Program-made: the position numbers and the translations under genes
Notes under the pieces: model-generated
The model's database searches: none
Told to the model about the DNA's origin: nothing
The model's input: the letters and a program-made list of their open reading frames with translations, nothing else
NCBI GenBank assembly: GCA_964016885.1
Contig: OZ024757.1
Location: 25,854,001 to 25,918,000, forward strand
Length of the DNA stretch: 64,000 bases
Direction of reading: 5' to 3'
From: Eledone cirrhosa
Lineage: Eukaryota
In this document: in pieces, positions 1 through 11,544 of the stretch
Numbering within the stretch: position 1 is the stretch's first letter
Layout: every line of letters begins with the position of its first letter

Positions 1-282
1 AATACTGTATCAGTTTAAATATTTGACCATTGAAACAAGGCCATCCTACACTTTTATCAACAGATAAAAAAATAGTTAACTGTTACAACATGCTAGTTTA
101 TGTGTGTGACCTTGTTTACTGCTGGCCAGCAGTTTATCAACAGATAAATGCAGTTAGCTAACTAGTACACCCACTCATTCAAACAGAGGGTAGGGGAACT
201 AGAAACAGAAATTGAGGAAAAAAAGTACCTATACTGGACTGGTACTTTAGCTATGTATTTATGTATGTATGCATGCATGTGA

Positions 283-680
283 GTGAGCTGGGTGCTTTTT
301 GTTATGACACCTACAAGACAACTTTACAGTGTGGGCTGGGCCCTTTTTGTCGAGGCACCTACACAACAACTTTCAAGTGTGGGCTGTGCCATTTTTTGTT
401 GTGGCACCTACATGACCACTTTCCAGTGTAGGCTGGGCCCTTTTTGTTGTGACACCTACAAGACCACCTTACAGTGTGGGCTGGGCCCTTTTTGTTGTGA
501 CACCTACAAGACCACCTTACAGTGTGGGCTGGGCCCTTTATGTCGTGGCACCTACAAGACCACCTTAGAGTGTGGGTTGGGCCCTTTTTGTTGTGACACC
601 TATAAGACCACCTTACAGTGTTGGCTGGGTGCTTTTTGTCGTGACACCTAAATGACCACTTTACAGTGTGGGCTGGGGGT
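283..680. repeat. 40-bp minisatellite (~10 copies) derived from an internal segment of SINE family B
   Basis: Unit GGGCCCTTTTTGTTGTGACACCTACAAGACCACCTTACAGTGTGGGCT recurs every 40 nt; it resembles the SINE/RTE-tail segment GCTGGGTGCTTTTTTGCCGTGGCACCTCCACGACCAC at ~51580-51620. Confidence 0.85.
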
Positions 681-819
681 TTTGGTAGGAATAGTGTGTG
701 GGGATTAGGAAGGTGGGTATATGGGTGTATGTGAGGGGAAGAGTGTTAGGACGTGGGAGGTGAGTGAAAGAGGGGGGGGGGGGGGGGGGTGAAGGTAGTA
801 CATACCAGATGTATGTTGG

Positions 820-1190
820 TTTAAATGTGACCGACCTTGTTACTACTGACTAGTTGACATCAATGTTAGTTTATCAAGAGATAAATATGGTTAGCTAACT
901 ATTACAACCTTCCACGCCCTCCTGTAAAAATGTCAGTGACCTTGTTACTGACTGGTCAAAAACTAGTACAGCCTTCCACCCACCCACTGTAAAATGTGAG
1001 TGACCTTATTAGTGACTGGTCAATAACTATGTTAGTTTCTCAATAGATAATAGTTAGCTAACTATTACAACCTTCCACCCTCTCCTGTAAAAATGTGAGT
1101 GACCTTGTTACTGACTGGTCAATAACTATGTTAGTTTCTCAATAGATAAATATGGTTAGCTAACTAATACATCCATCCGCAATGTAATGT
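820..1190. repeat. Diverged local tandem repeat (~60-120 bp units); related pieces at 50-180 and 1720-2010
   Basis: Recurrent GTGACCTTGTTACTGACTGGTCAA...GATAAATATGGTTAGCTAACTA...CCTTCCACCC motifs. Confidence 0.65.
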
Positions 1191-1364
1191 GGCTATATTG
1201 TGTGCGTGTGTGTGTGAGACCACCTAACAAAGTCATATCATCATCATCATCATCATCTTTTGTTGATTTTTTTCATGCTGGCAATGGCTTGTAGGGGTCT
1301 TTTCGAGACAATGTTTTACAAGCAAATTCCTTTCCTGACACTAACCCTTCTCATCACTACCATG

Positions 1365-1690
1365 TCGTGTCGACAAGAGTGTCAGTTACAAAGCTTCACT
1401 AGATGTGGTTCCACCACACTGAACACATTGCTGTCCTTTCTCATTAAACTCTGCCAAGTTCAATGCTGTGCAGGGATGTTCAAGCAGGGAGCATATCAGG
1501 AGGTGCTGCGTAGTCTGTGGTTCGATGCAGCAGTCACACACAACGTCCCCATCCTTTAAAATATCTCCATTTTGCAAGAGTGACTTTTACACATCCAGCA
1601 CCAGATATTAAGTCTGTTTAGGCATTTCCACACTGCATAGTTTTTATCTGCTCCAGGGGACAGTACCTCGCTCATTTTTAGCAGGAATAC
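1365..1690 (-). mobile_element. Degenerate 3' end of a non-LTR retrotransposon (RTE-X-like) with C-terminal zinc knuckle
   Basis: Minus-strand translation across frameshifts gives WKCLNRL..GAGCVKVTLAKWRY...CDCCIEPQTTQHLLIC, matching the LNRLR.G...KW...CxC...QTxxHxxxC C-terminus of RTE-X/I-group ORF2. Confidence 0.7.
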
Positions 1691-2059
1691 ACTGTACTTA
1701 TTCTAAACCAGATACACATGACCATTTATTTATCAGTATTTATCAGTAAAGATGGTTAACTAACTACCACAAACACCCACCCTGTAAATGTGGGTTTATG
1801 TTAGTTAGTTAGTTAACTACTACAAACACCTACACTGTAAATGTAGGTTTATGTATGTGTGTTAATAACCATCTAAACAAGGTCACATACATTTATTTAT
1901 CAATAAAGCTAGTTAGGTAACTACTTAAATACCCACCCACCACCCACTCTGTAAATGTAGGTGGATGTTAGTTCGTGTGACCACTGAAATAAGATCACAT
2001 ATTTACATAATAAATCAACAAATATATATATATATATGCCTCTCTCTATATATATATAT

Positions 2060-2393
2060 GGAGGCATATGGCTTAGTGGTTAGAGCATTGGGCTTGCAAT
2101 CGAAAGGTTGTGAGTTCAATTCACAAGGTTGTGATGTGTTGTTTCCTTGAGCAAGACACTTTATTTCACATTGCTCCAGTTTACTCAGCTGTAGAAATGA
2201 GATGATAGGGACTGGGGTCCCTATCATTCCACTGCAAAGTGGTTGTGGAGGTACCACGGCAAAAAAGCACCCAGCACTCACTGTAAATGAGGTTGGTGTT
2301 AGGAAGGGCATCCAGCTGTAGAAATCAAGCTAGAATCAGTTCCCGTCCCACCCTTGCAATCAAGGAAAAGCTGACGTAAAATGATGATGATGA
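2060..2393 (+). mobile_element. tRNA-derived SINE family B, full length (tRNA head, CORE-like domain, RTE-derived tail)
   Basis: A box TGGCTTAGTGG, B box GAGTTCAATTC, CORE-like TTCCTTGAGCAAGACACTT, tail GTTGGTGTTAGGAAGGGCATCCAGCTGTAGAAA ending in (TGA)n; near-identical copy at 50277-50630. Confidence 0.9.
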
Positions 2394-2415
2394 TATATAT
2401 ATATAATATATATAT

Positions 2416-2473
2416 AAAATATTTATTGCATATCAACCTGTTACGTAACAGGTTGATATGCAATAAATATTTT
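2416..2473. repeat. Perfect 58-bp palindrome without a spacer
   Basis: AAAATATTTATTGCATATCAACCTGTTAC|GTAACAGGTTGATATGCAATAAATATTTT. Confidence 0.95.
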
Positions 2474-2575
2474 TCACATGTAAACGAAACTTCCTCATTT
2501 TTTCTATTTTATACACTCTGCTGTGCATAGAGTGCTTGATTTGGTACCAACACCAGTATTTCACCATATTACCTA

Positions 2576-2653
<78 letters not shown>

Positions 2654-2796
2654 TATGAAATAATACATCCAATTTTCCACACAATACAATTAGTTAGCAC
2701 CCCGAACGTTTAATTAGGAATATACTCACTTATTTCTTAATGTTTGTTGAGTGAGTTGGGATTTGGCCGGAGTATCGCTATTAGCGTTCTCCGATA

Positions 2797-2851
<55 letters not shown>

Positions 2852-2889
2852 ATATTAATAAATGGAAACTATATTTATAAAACCATAAT

Positions 2890-2954
2890 TATTTTATTAT
2901 ATATATTTCAAAGGCAACCAAGGCAATTTTGGTGCGCTTTCATCAGATAAAATA
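2890..2954 (-). ncRNA. Minimal type-I hammerhead ribozyme (Penelope-like element remnant)
   Basis: Minus strand: UAUUUUAU-CUGAUGA-[AAGCGCACCAA..UUGGUUGCCUUU]-GAAA-U-AUAU-A-UA-AUAAAAUA; perfect 8-bp stem I, intact core, palindromic short stem III. Confidence 0.8.
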
Positions 2955-2985
2955 CAGAATATGTTTTATAAATGTTGACATACCC

Positions 2986-3042
2986 GTAGAAAAACAACCT
3001 TGACGGTTGACGGTTCGCTAACCGTCAAGGTTGTTTTTCTAC
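2986..3042. repeat. Perfect 23-bp inverted repeat with 11-nt loop
   Basis: GTAGAAAAACAACCTTGACGGTT-gacggttcgct-AACCGTCAAGGTTGTTTTTCTAC. Confidence 0.95.
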
Positions 3043-3309
3043 TAAAATTTTAACTGGTTCTGATAGTTACAATGTGCTGCTCCATCTGCAAGTTCTAGAA
3101 AATTCTATTGTTTACAGTCACCTTTGAATGAGAATTATTTGATGCAATATTGTTTGTTTGTTGTTGTTTTTTTGTATTGTTTTTGTACAATTACTCTATA
3201 GCAGTGTTGTTTATATAGTTGTTTTTCTGTTGTTTGTTTTTTTAAAAAGCTGTAGTGTTAAAAGGGTTAATCTTGCCAGACAACTTGGGTTTCTGTGTTC
3301 TGACTCAAC

Positions 3310-5020
3310 ATCACCACCATCAACACCATCGCCACCACCACTACCATCAATAACAACACAAACCTCACCAATAGTTCTACCACCAACGCCACCACCACTG
3401 TCATTACCACCACCACCACCACCACCATCAATAACAACACAAACCTTACCAATAGTTCTACCACCAACACCACTACCACCACCACCACTGCCATCATCAA
3501 GAACAACAATACAAACACCACCAACACAACAACTCTACCACCACTACCACAACACAACACTACCATCACCATCACCACCACAACAACAACAATAATACCA
3601 CCACCAAGACAACAGCACCTCTACCACCACCATCACCAATACCACAACACAACACCACCACCTTCAACACCACCAACAACATCACCACCACCTCCATCAC
3701 CACCATCACCACTATCACCATCACAACACCACTAGCACCATCACCGCCACAACACCACCACCTCCATCACCACTAGCACCACCACCACCTCCATCACCAC
3801 CATCACCACCACACCACCTCCATCACCACCACACCACCTCCATCACCACCATGACCACCACACCACCTCCATCACCACCATCACCACCACACCACCACCA
3901 TCAACACCACCACAACACCACTAGCACCACCACCACCACCTCCACCTCCATCACCACCATGACCACCACACCACCTCCATCAACACCACCACAACACCAC
4001 TAGCACCACCACCACCACCTCCACCTCCATCACCACCACAACACCACCACCACCACCTCCATCACCACCACCTCCACCACCACCACAACACCACCACCAC
4101 CACCACCACCACCACAACACCACCACCACAACACCACCACCTCCACCACCACCACAACACCACCACCTCCACCACCACCACAACACCACCACCTCCACCA
4201 CCACCACAACACCACTACCACCACAACACCACCTCCACCACCACCACTAGCACCACCACCACCACCTCCACCACCACAACACCACTAGCACCACCACCAC
4301 CACCTCCACCTCCATCACCACCACAACACCACCACCACCAGCACCACCACCACCACCACTAGCACCACCACCACCACCTCCATCACCACCACAACACCAC
4401 CACCACCAGCACCACCACCACCACCACAACACCACCAGCACCACCTCCACCACCACCACAACACCACCACCTCCACCACCACCACAACACCACCTCCACC
4501 ACCACCACCACAACACCACTACCACCAGTACCACTACAACAACAACAACACTACTCTGAGCAGCTAATGTAATCCAAACCAGTGCAGTTCTTATCTGTGT
4601 GAAAATTACTGCTTCCAGACTTCTGCTGGGGGTGTTTTGTAAGATTTATTGGACTGGTGGTGGTGGTGGTATTGGTGGTTGTGGTGGTGGTTGTGGTGGT
4701 GGTGGTGGTGGTTGTGGTGGTGGTGGTGGTGGTGGTGGTGGTGTTGGTGGTTGTGGTGGTGGTGGTAGTGGTGATGGTAGTGGTGGTGATGGTGGTTCTG
4801 GTGTTGATGGTGTGGTAGTGTTGATTGTGGTGGTGTGGTGGTGGGGGTGTTGTGCTGTTGGTGGTGGTGGTGTTGATGTTGATGGTGGCGGTGAGGGAGG
4901 TGGTGTTGGTGGTAGTGGTGGCGTTGAATAATTGTTTTGGCCTTGGTGGTGTTGGTAGGGGTAGGGGTGGTAGTGGTGTTGGTTGTGTTGGGGATGGTGG
5001 TGGTGGTGGTAGTGGTGGTA
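3310..5020. repeat. Degenerate (CCA)n tract followed by (TGG)n tract around a ~100-bp unique island (4553-4654)
   Basis: Direct reading of the sequence. Confidence 0.9.
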
Positions 5021-5254
5021 TGTAGTTATGATGTTATATAGTGTTAGTGTTGGTGTTATATAGTCATGGTGGTCTTATGTAGTTTTGGTGGTAGCCAGAA
5101 ACTGCAGAAGCCTGTAGTGTGTGTGTGTAAACAAGATGTTCTCTCACAACCCACCCTTGTGCCCATCTGCATGGCCATCAGCCCTGTAGTCATTAAATAC
5201 TGATTTGGTCTGAGATGACCACCAACCCTTGCTAGCAGAGAAAATAGACTTTAA

Positions 5255-5680
5255 CCTTTTACCATTTACATTACTCTATATATACTATTATATTTTCATG
5301 GTAAAGGCTTTACCTCACATAATTATCTCACATAATATTGTGGATTGGCAAGGTGGTGGATAGGCAGTATCGGTAGAGGGTTGGACGCCATGCTTTGATG
5401 CATAGAGTTACGGCCCTTGCCATTCTGAGTTCAAATCACGCCGATGTTAACTTTGCCTTTCATCCTTACGGGGTCGATAAAATAAAGTACCAGTAATCTA
5501 CTGGGTAATTTCTGGCCTTGTGCCAAAAGTAGAAACAATAATATTGAATCTATGAGATTTTGATATTATTTATTTTGAGAAAATACCTTAACAACAGTAT
5601 GAGTGGCCAGTTACAGTTGGTTTCAACAGAAAGAGGTGAGAGAATTTTGGCCGGATATGACCGGTTTAAATGCTAAAGGG
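5255..5680. mobile_element. TTAA-flanked piggyBac-like MITE interrupted by a SINE family A copy (~5341-5545)
   Basis: TTAA|CCTTTTACCATTTA ... TAAATGCTAAAGGG|TTAA; the SINE is flanked by ATAATATTG duplicates and removing it restores the MITE seen at 57963-58171. Confidence 0.85.
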
Positions 5681-5779
5681 TTAAGCAATGATGATAATGA
5701 TGATGATTTAGAGGTTTGAGTAGGGTTGGTAAGCCAATGCAGACTGTGAAAGGTATCTAAACCCATTATAATTAAGAAA

Positions 5780-5972
5780 GAACGGTGGATTGGCAGTATC
5801 GGTAGAAGGTCAGACGCCATGCTTTGCAGCATAGAGTTACGGCCCTTTACAGTCTGAGTTCAATTCCTGCTGAGGTCAACTTTGCCTTTCATCCTTACGG
5901 GGTCGATAAAATAAAGTACCAGTAATGCACTGGGTAATTGCTGGCCTTGTGCCAAATGTAGAAACAATTATA
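5780..5972 (+). mobile_element. tRNA-derived SINE family A (~190 bp; about 20 copies in the window)
   Basis: Head TGGCAGTATCGGTAGA, B box GAGTTCAATTC, central ACTTTGCCTTTCATCCTTACGGGGTCGATAAAATAAAGTACCAG, tail GGCCTTGTGCCAAA.GTAGAAAC. Confidence 0.9.
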
Positions 5973-6237
5973 ATTAAGAAAGAACAATTGTGGCACAATA
6001 TGACACATCAAAAACTACACATCACCAGCACAGATGTGAACTTGAAAATGAAACTTTGAAAAGCTTCCAATAGTTGAAACCAGTTAGTACCAACACAAAT
6101 TTGATAACCATGATTATTTCTGCAACCCCACCCTTTTATTTTTAAACCCTATTGTATTAACTATTTTCTTTTCATTGTCTACTGTAAATTTGCACATATA
6201 TTTATATATATATATCTAGGACTTTGCTTAGTAATAT

Positions 6238-6290
6238 CTGCCTCCGATGAGCCCCCTCCCCACCCCCCCGGACGAAACACGTGTAAGAGC
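6238..6290 (+). ncRNA. Degenerate minimal hammerhead ribozyme motif
   Basis: GCCU-CCGAUGA-G..(poly-C)..GGAC-GAAA-CACGUG-UA-AGAGC; U4>C, palindromic stem III ACACGUGU, stem II disrupted by C-rich run. Confidence 0.5.
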
Positions 6291-6384
6291 TATATAGAGA
6301 TATGTTTTAATGGCTTGTAAATCTTTCATTCACTCATTCTTTTGCTTCTATATATATATATATAATAGGAACCAGTAATTACCC

Positions 6385-6730
<346 letters not shown>

Positions 6731-6845
6731 TCTGCTTCACATATTGAGTTTTCTTTCTGCCCCTTTTGTAAAAGCAAATATACATTATGTGTGTGTGTGT
6801 GTGTCTGAAAGAGAGTGTGTCAGACTGTCTGCTACTGTGTGTATG

Positions 6846-6878
<33 letters not shown>

Positions 6879-6911
6879 ATACCAGCTGAGTAACATACAT
6901 AAACATGTATA

Positions 6912-6945
<34 letters not shown>

Positions 6946-6987
6946 AACATATACATGTGTGTATGTATGTGTGTATATATATATATC

Positions 6988-7018
<31 letters not shown>

Positions 7019-7619
7019 ATACATATATATATATATATATGTTCACACACATAACATTGAAATGAGAACAAATTTTCTTCTGGTCCTCTTACCTCCCCTC
7101 ACACACCATCACCCCACCAACTTCCCCCACCCCCCACTCCCTACAGTTAGGTATCAGCCTCCCATCATCTCCACTCCCACCCTTATCCACCAGTGCCCTC
7201 TTTCTCCCCCTATTCATATCAACTTGTCTGTCTGTGTTGTTGTTGGTTCAGACTGATGGTTGGGGGAAGGTAGGGGAGGGGCGTTGGGGGGGAGGGTTCA
7301 AGGATCAGGTTACTGTAGATTTGTTCACCCCCACCCCTACACTACCACCACCATTAGGATGATATTGATGGTGGTGGAGGTGGTGGTGGTGGGGGTGATG
7401 GGGGGAGGGGGGGGGGGGGGGGGGGGGGGGGGTAATGGTGGAGATATTTGTTGGTGGTTATAATAGTAATGTTGATGGTGATGGTGGTGGTGGTGGTGGT
7501 AGTGGTGATGGTCGGAGTGTTGATGGTGGTGGTGATTGTGGGGTGCCAGGAGATGATATTGGTGATGCTGTTGTTTGTGGTGTTGGTTCTGGTGGTGGTG
7601 TTGGCAGTAGTACTGTTGG

Positions 7620-8470
7620 TAGTGATAGTGGTGTTAGTGTTGGTGATAGTGGTGTTAGTGTTGGTGGTGGTGGTGTTGGTTGTAGTGATAGTGGTGTTAG
7701 TGTTGGTTGTAGTGATAGTGGTGTTAGTGTTGGTGGTGGTAGTGTTGGTTGTAGTGATAGTGGTGTTAGTGTTGGTGGTGGTGGTTTTGGTTGTAGTGAT
7801 AGTGGTGTTAGTGTTGGTGGTGGTGGTGTTGGTTGTAGTGATAGTGGTGTTAGTGTTGGTTGTAGTGATAGTGGTGTTAGTGTTGGTGGTGGTGGTTTTG
7901 GTTGTAGTGATAGTGGTGTTAGTGTTGGTGGTGGTGGTGTTGGTTGTAGTGATAGTGGTGTTAGTGTTGGTGGTGGTGGTTTTGGTTGTAGTGATAGTGG
8001 TGTTAGTGTTGGTGGTGGTGGTGTTGGTTGTAGTGATAGTGGTGTTAGTGTTGGTGGTGGTGGTGTTGGTTGTAGTGATAGTGGTGTTAGTGTTGGTGGT
8101 GGTGGTTTTGGTTGTAGTGATAGTGGTGTTAGTGTTGGTGGTGGTGGTGTTGGTTGTAGTGATAGTGGTGTTAGTGTTGGTGGTGGTGGTGTTGGTTGTA
8201 GTGATAGTGGTGTTAGTGTTGGTGGTGGTTGTGTTGGTTGTAGTGATAGTGGTGTTAGTGTTGGTGGTGGTGGTGTTGGTTGTAGTGATAGTGGTGTTAG
8301 TGTTGGTGGTGGTGGTGTTGGTTGTAGTGATAGTGGTGTTAGTGTTGGTGGTGGTGATAGTGGTGTTAGTGTTGGTGGTGGTGGTGTTGGTTGTAGTGAT
8401 AGTGGTGTTAGTGTTGGTGGTGGTGGTGGTGGTTGTAGTGATAGTGGTGTTAGTGTTGGTGATGGTGTTG
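7620..8470. repeat. GT-rich minisatellite (~42-bp units with shorter variants)
   Basis: Unit GGTGTTGGTTGTAGTGATAGTGGTGTTAGTGTTGGTGGTGGT repeated about 20 times. Confidence 0.9.
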
Positions 8471-9224
8471 GTTGTAGTGATACTAGTGGTGATGTTGGTG
8501 GTAGTGCTGTTTGTAGTGATAGTGGCGGTGATGGTGGTGGTTGTGGTGTTGGTGGTAGTGTTGTTTGTGGTGATGGTGGTAGTGCTGTTGGTGGTGGTGT
8601 TGGTTGTAGTGATAGTAGTGGTGATGGTGGTAGTACTGTTGATGGTCATAGTGGTATTGCTTGTAGTGATAGTTGTGGTAGAGTTGTCGATGGTGGTGGT
8701 GGTGATAGTGGTGGTGTTGGTTGTAGCGATAGTGGTGGTGATGGTGGTAGTACAGTTGGTGGTGATAGTGGTGGTGGTGGTGGAGTTGATGGGGGTGGTC
8801 CTGTTTCCTGTACTGTGTCAAATTCTTCTGTCTACATAATTTCACTGTCAGTGGAATTATATTTCATTCTGCTACCAAATGTGTGTGTGTATGTATGTGT
8901 TTATGTGTGTGTGTGTGTGTGTGTGTCTATAAATGTGCTCCTGTGTGTATGTGCATTGTGTATCTATCTATGTGTCTCTGTCTGTCTGTGACTCTGAGTG
9001 TGTATGTATATTTGAATATAAGGGCTTTACTGTTGTAAAGTTGTTTCTGGGTTGCTTATAATATATAATATATATATATATGTGTATGTATAAATATATA
9101 TATATATATGTATGTGTATATATATATATGTGTGTGTGTAAAAGGTAAGCAGAAATAACAACACAATTGGTACAGTATATGGAAGGGATATATTAGGTTA
9201 ACGCTTGATATAGCAGGAAGAGGG

Positions 9225-9260
9225 TCTTGACATTTCGGACGCTAGTCCTTCATCAGAAGA
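9225..9260 (-). ncRNA. Minimal type-I hammerhead ribozyme
   Basis: Minus strand: UCUU-CUGAUGA-A-GGAC(UAGC)GUCC-GAAA-UG-UC-AAGA; stem I 4 bp, stem II 4 bp, intact core, GUC cleavage triplet. Confidence 0.85.
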
Positions 9261-9470
9261 AAGAATGAGAAATAAGATAGATCGAGGGGACGGGCAGGTT
9301 GGAATTTGAAAAAATGTCTTTAGATAAAAATAACAGGTCCATTCATGTTGACATCTCTTGCAAAACTGTTGGTGCTTGCGTTTTGTGTATGATTTATTTT
9401 TTAGAAAAGTGGGTGATGGGGCGCATCTACCTATATATATTTATATATATATATATTTATATATATATAT

Positions 9471-9471
<1 letters not shown>

Positions 9472-9502
<31 letters not shown>

Positions 9503-9611
9503 TTTACGTCCACTTTTGCCTGCTTGCAAGGGTGGGACGGCAACTGATTCTGGCTTGATTTCTACAGCTGGATGCCCTTCCTAACACCAACCTCATTTAC
9601 AGTGAGTGCTG

Positions 9612-9612
<1 letters not shown>
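9472..9612 (-). mobile_element. SINE family B / RTE tail, 5'-truncated
   Basis: (ATC)n followed by reverse complement of the tail at 2270-2393. Confidence 0.85.
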
Positions 9613-9667
<55 letters not shown>

Positions 9668-10084
9668 ATATATTTATATATGCATATGTATGTATACAGT
9701 GAAATTTGGTTATAATGAAATTCACAGAGTATAAAAAAAATTTGTTGTAACAAGATTGACCTAACACATCAAGCGTGTGGCCAAGGATTGAGAAAATTTG
9801 TTATAATGGTATTTTACTTGTATATATATAAATGTATATATATATGCGTGTGTGTGGGTGTATATATATATATATCTAGGGAGTGTAACGTGCTGTTAGT
9901 GTAGGTTCACCCAAGTGAGCACTCGATGTGTAGTTTCCCGTCTGTAACGAGTCTAGAACTAAACAGAGTGTAAATATAATAGTAAAAGGACGATTTGTTA
10001 TGCCTTCGTTAAGTTTACCAGGTGTGGTTTCAGGTGGTTTGGTATCCAAAAGGTTCTTCTTCTTCTTTGCCCACTATTCTTGGT

Positions 10085-10200
10085 AGGGTCATGGATGTTA
10101 CCCAACCATCTTGCTTGGGGGTCTATCCCTTGGTCTCCTATCTGTTGGTTTTGCCAGTAAAATCTGTTCAATGATTCTTTCCTGAGACATTCTAACCACA
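10085..10200 (-). mobile_element. RTE LINE C-terminal fragment
   Basis: Minus frame VVRMSQERIIEQILLAKPTDRRPRDRP then (frameshift) ARWLGNIHD, matching the RTE ..RM...R..K..L...P.GRRPRGRP..RW motif. Confidence 0.7.
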
Positions 10201-10710
10201 TTGAAAAAAATTAATATCATAGAAACGGGGAGTGTTTTCAAGTGGTTTTGAATCCAAAGTGCAATAAACCAATGAATTAACGTACTTAGTAAACTGGTGC
10301 AGTCTTAGTGAAGAAATCTACTAATGTACTCTTAATGAGACAGTGGCACACTGATTGACCTTATTTGTTTGAAACAGTCACTCATGTATAGTTGTTAGTT
10401 CTTGTTTAACTGCAGATCAACCATGATCCAGCAGGCTTCAAATGATCAAAGCCAATCCAACCATAACCATCCAGATTTTTTTTTTCAGAACTATTATTTA
10501 ACATGTTCTGTTTTTAAAGATAGTAGGGTGTGATTTGAGGTGACAAATTGTCAGAGTTGTTAGAATGTCGGATAGAATGCTTTATGGTATTCATTCTGGC
10601 TCTGCTCTCGGAGTTCAAATCCCGCCGAGGTTAACTTTGCCTTTCATCCAGTTGAGGTCGATAAAAAAAAAGTACCAGTCAAGTACTGGGGTCGATTCTT
10701 CCTCATTTTA

Positions 10711-11392
10711 TCTCTCTCACTTTCTATCTTTCTCTGGAAGAAATCTTTTGGGGGTAATTTTAATAGTTCGAGTGGGTTCACCAGAATCCACTCAAACTAA
10801 CCAGGGACGATTCTTCCTCTCTATCTCTTTCTCACTTCCTCTCTCTCACTTTCTATCTTTCTCTGGAAGAAATCTTTTGGGGGTAATTTTAATAGTTCGA
10901 GTGGGTTCACCAGAATCCACTCAAACTAACCAGGGATGATTCTTCCTCTCTATCTCTTTCTCACTTCCTCTCTCTCACTTTCTATCTTTCTCTGGAAGAA
11001 ATCTTTTGGGGGTAATTTTAATAGTTCGAGTGGGTTCACCAGAATCCACTCAAACTAACCAGGGATGATTCTTCCTCTCTATCTCTTTCTCACTTCCTCT
11101 CTCTCACTTTCTATCTTTCTCTGGAAGAAATCTTTTGGGGGTAATTTTAATAGTTCGAGTGGGTTCACCAGAATCCACTCAAACTAACCAGGGATGATTC
11201 TTCCTCTCTATCTCTTTCTCACTTCCTCTCTCTCACTTTCTATCTTTCTCTGGAAGAAATCTTTTGGGGGTAATTTTAATAGTTCGAGTGGGTTCACCAG
11301 AATCCACTCAAACTAACCAGGGATGATTCTTCCTCTCTATCTCTTTCTCACTTCCTCTCTCTCTCACTTTCTATCTTTCTCTGGAAGAAATC
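10711..11392. repeat. 129-bp tandem repeat, ~5.3 near-identical copies, one hairpin per unit
   Basis: CTCTGGAAG recurs at 10732, 10861, 10990...; hairpin TAGTTCGAGTGGGTTC-acca-GAATCCACTCAAACTA. Confidence 0.95.
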
Positions 11393-11544
11393 TGCTGTAA
11401 AAAATGCCCAAGAAATGCCGTGTGTCAATATGATGCCCCTACAACTCTATCAGAAGTTATGGGACTACACAAACAACTGGGTGTGATTCGAGGGAAATTT
11501 AGCTACTATTTCTAGCTTGTCAAGCATTCACATAGGAGATCCTC

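Noticed and set aside
2060-2130. tRNA gene
   Set aside because: A and B boxes continue into SINE body; no acceptor stem or terminator
7354-8991. Overlapping 430-518-aa ORFs
   Set aside because: Open on both strands because of triplet repeats; no AUG context or domain
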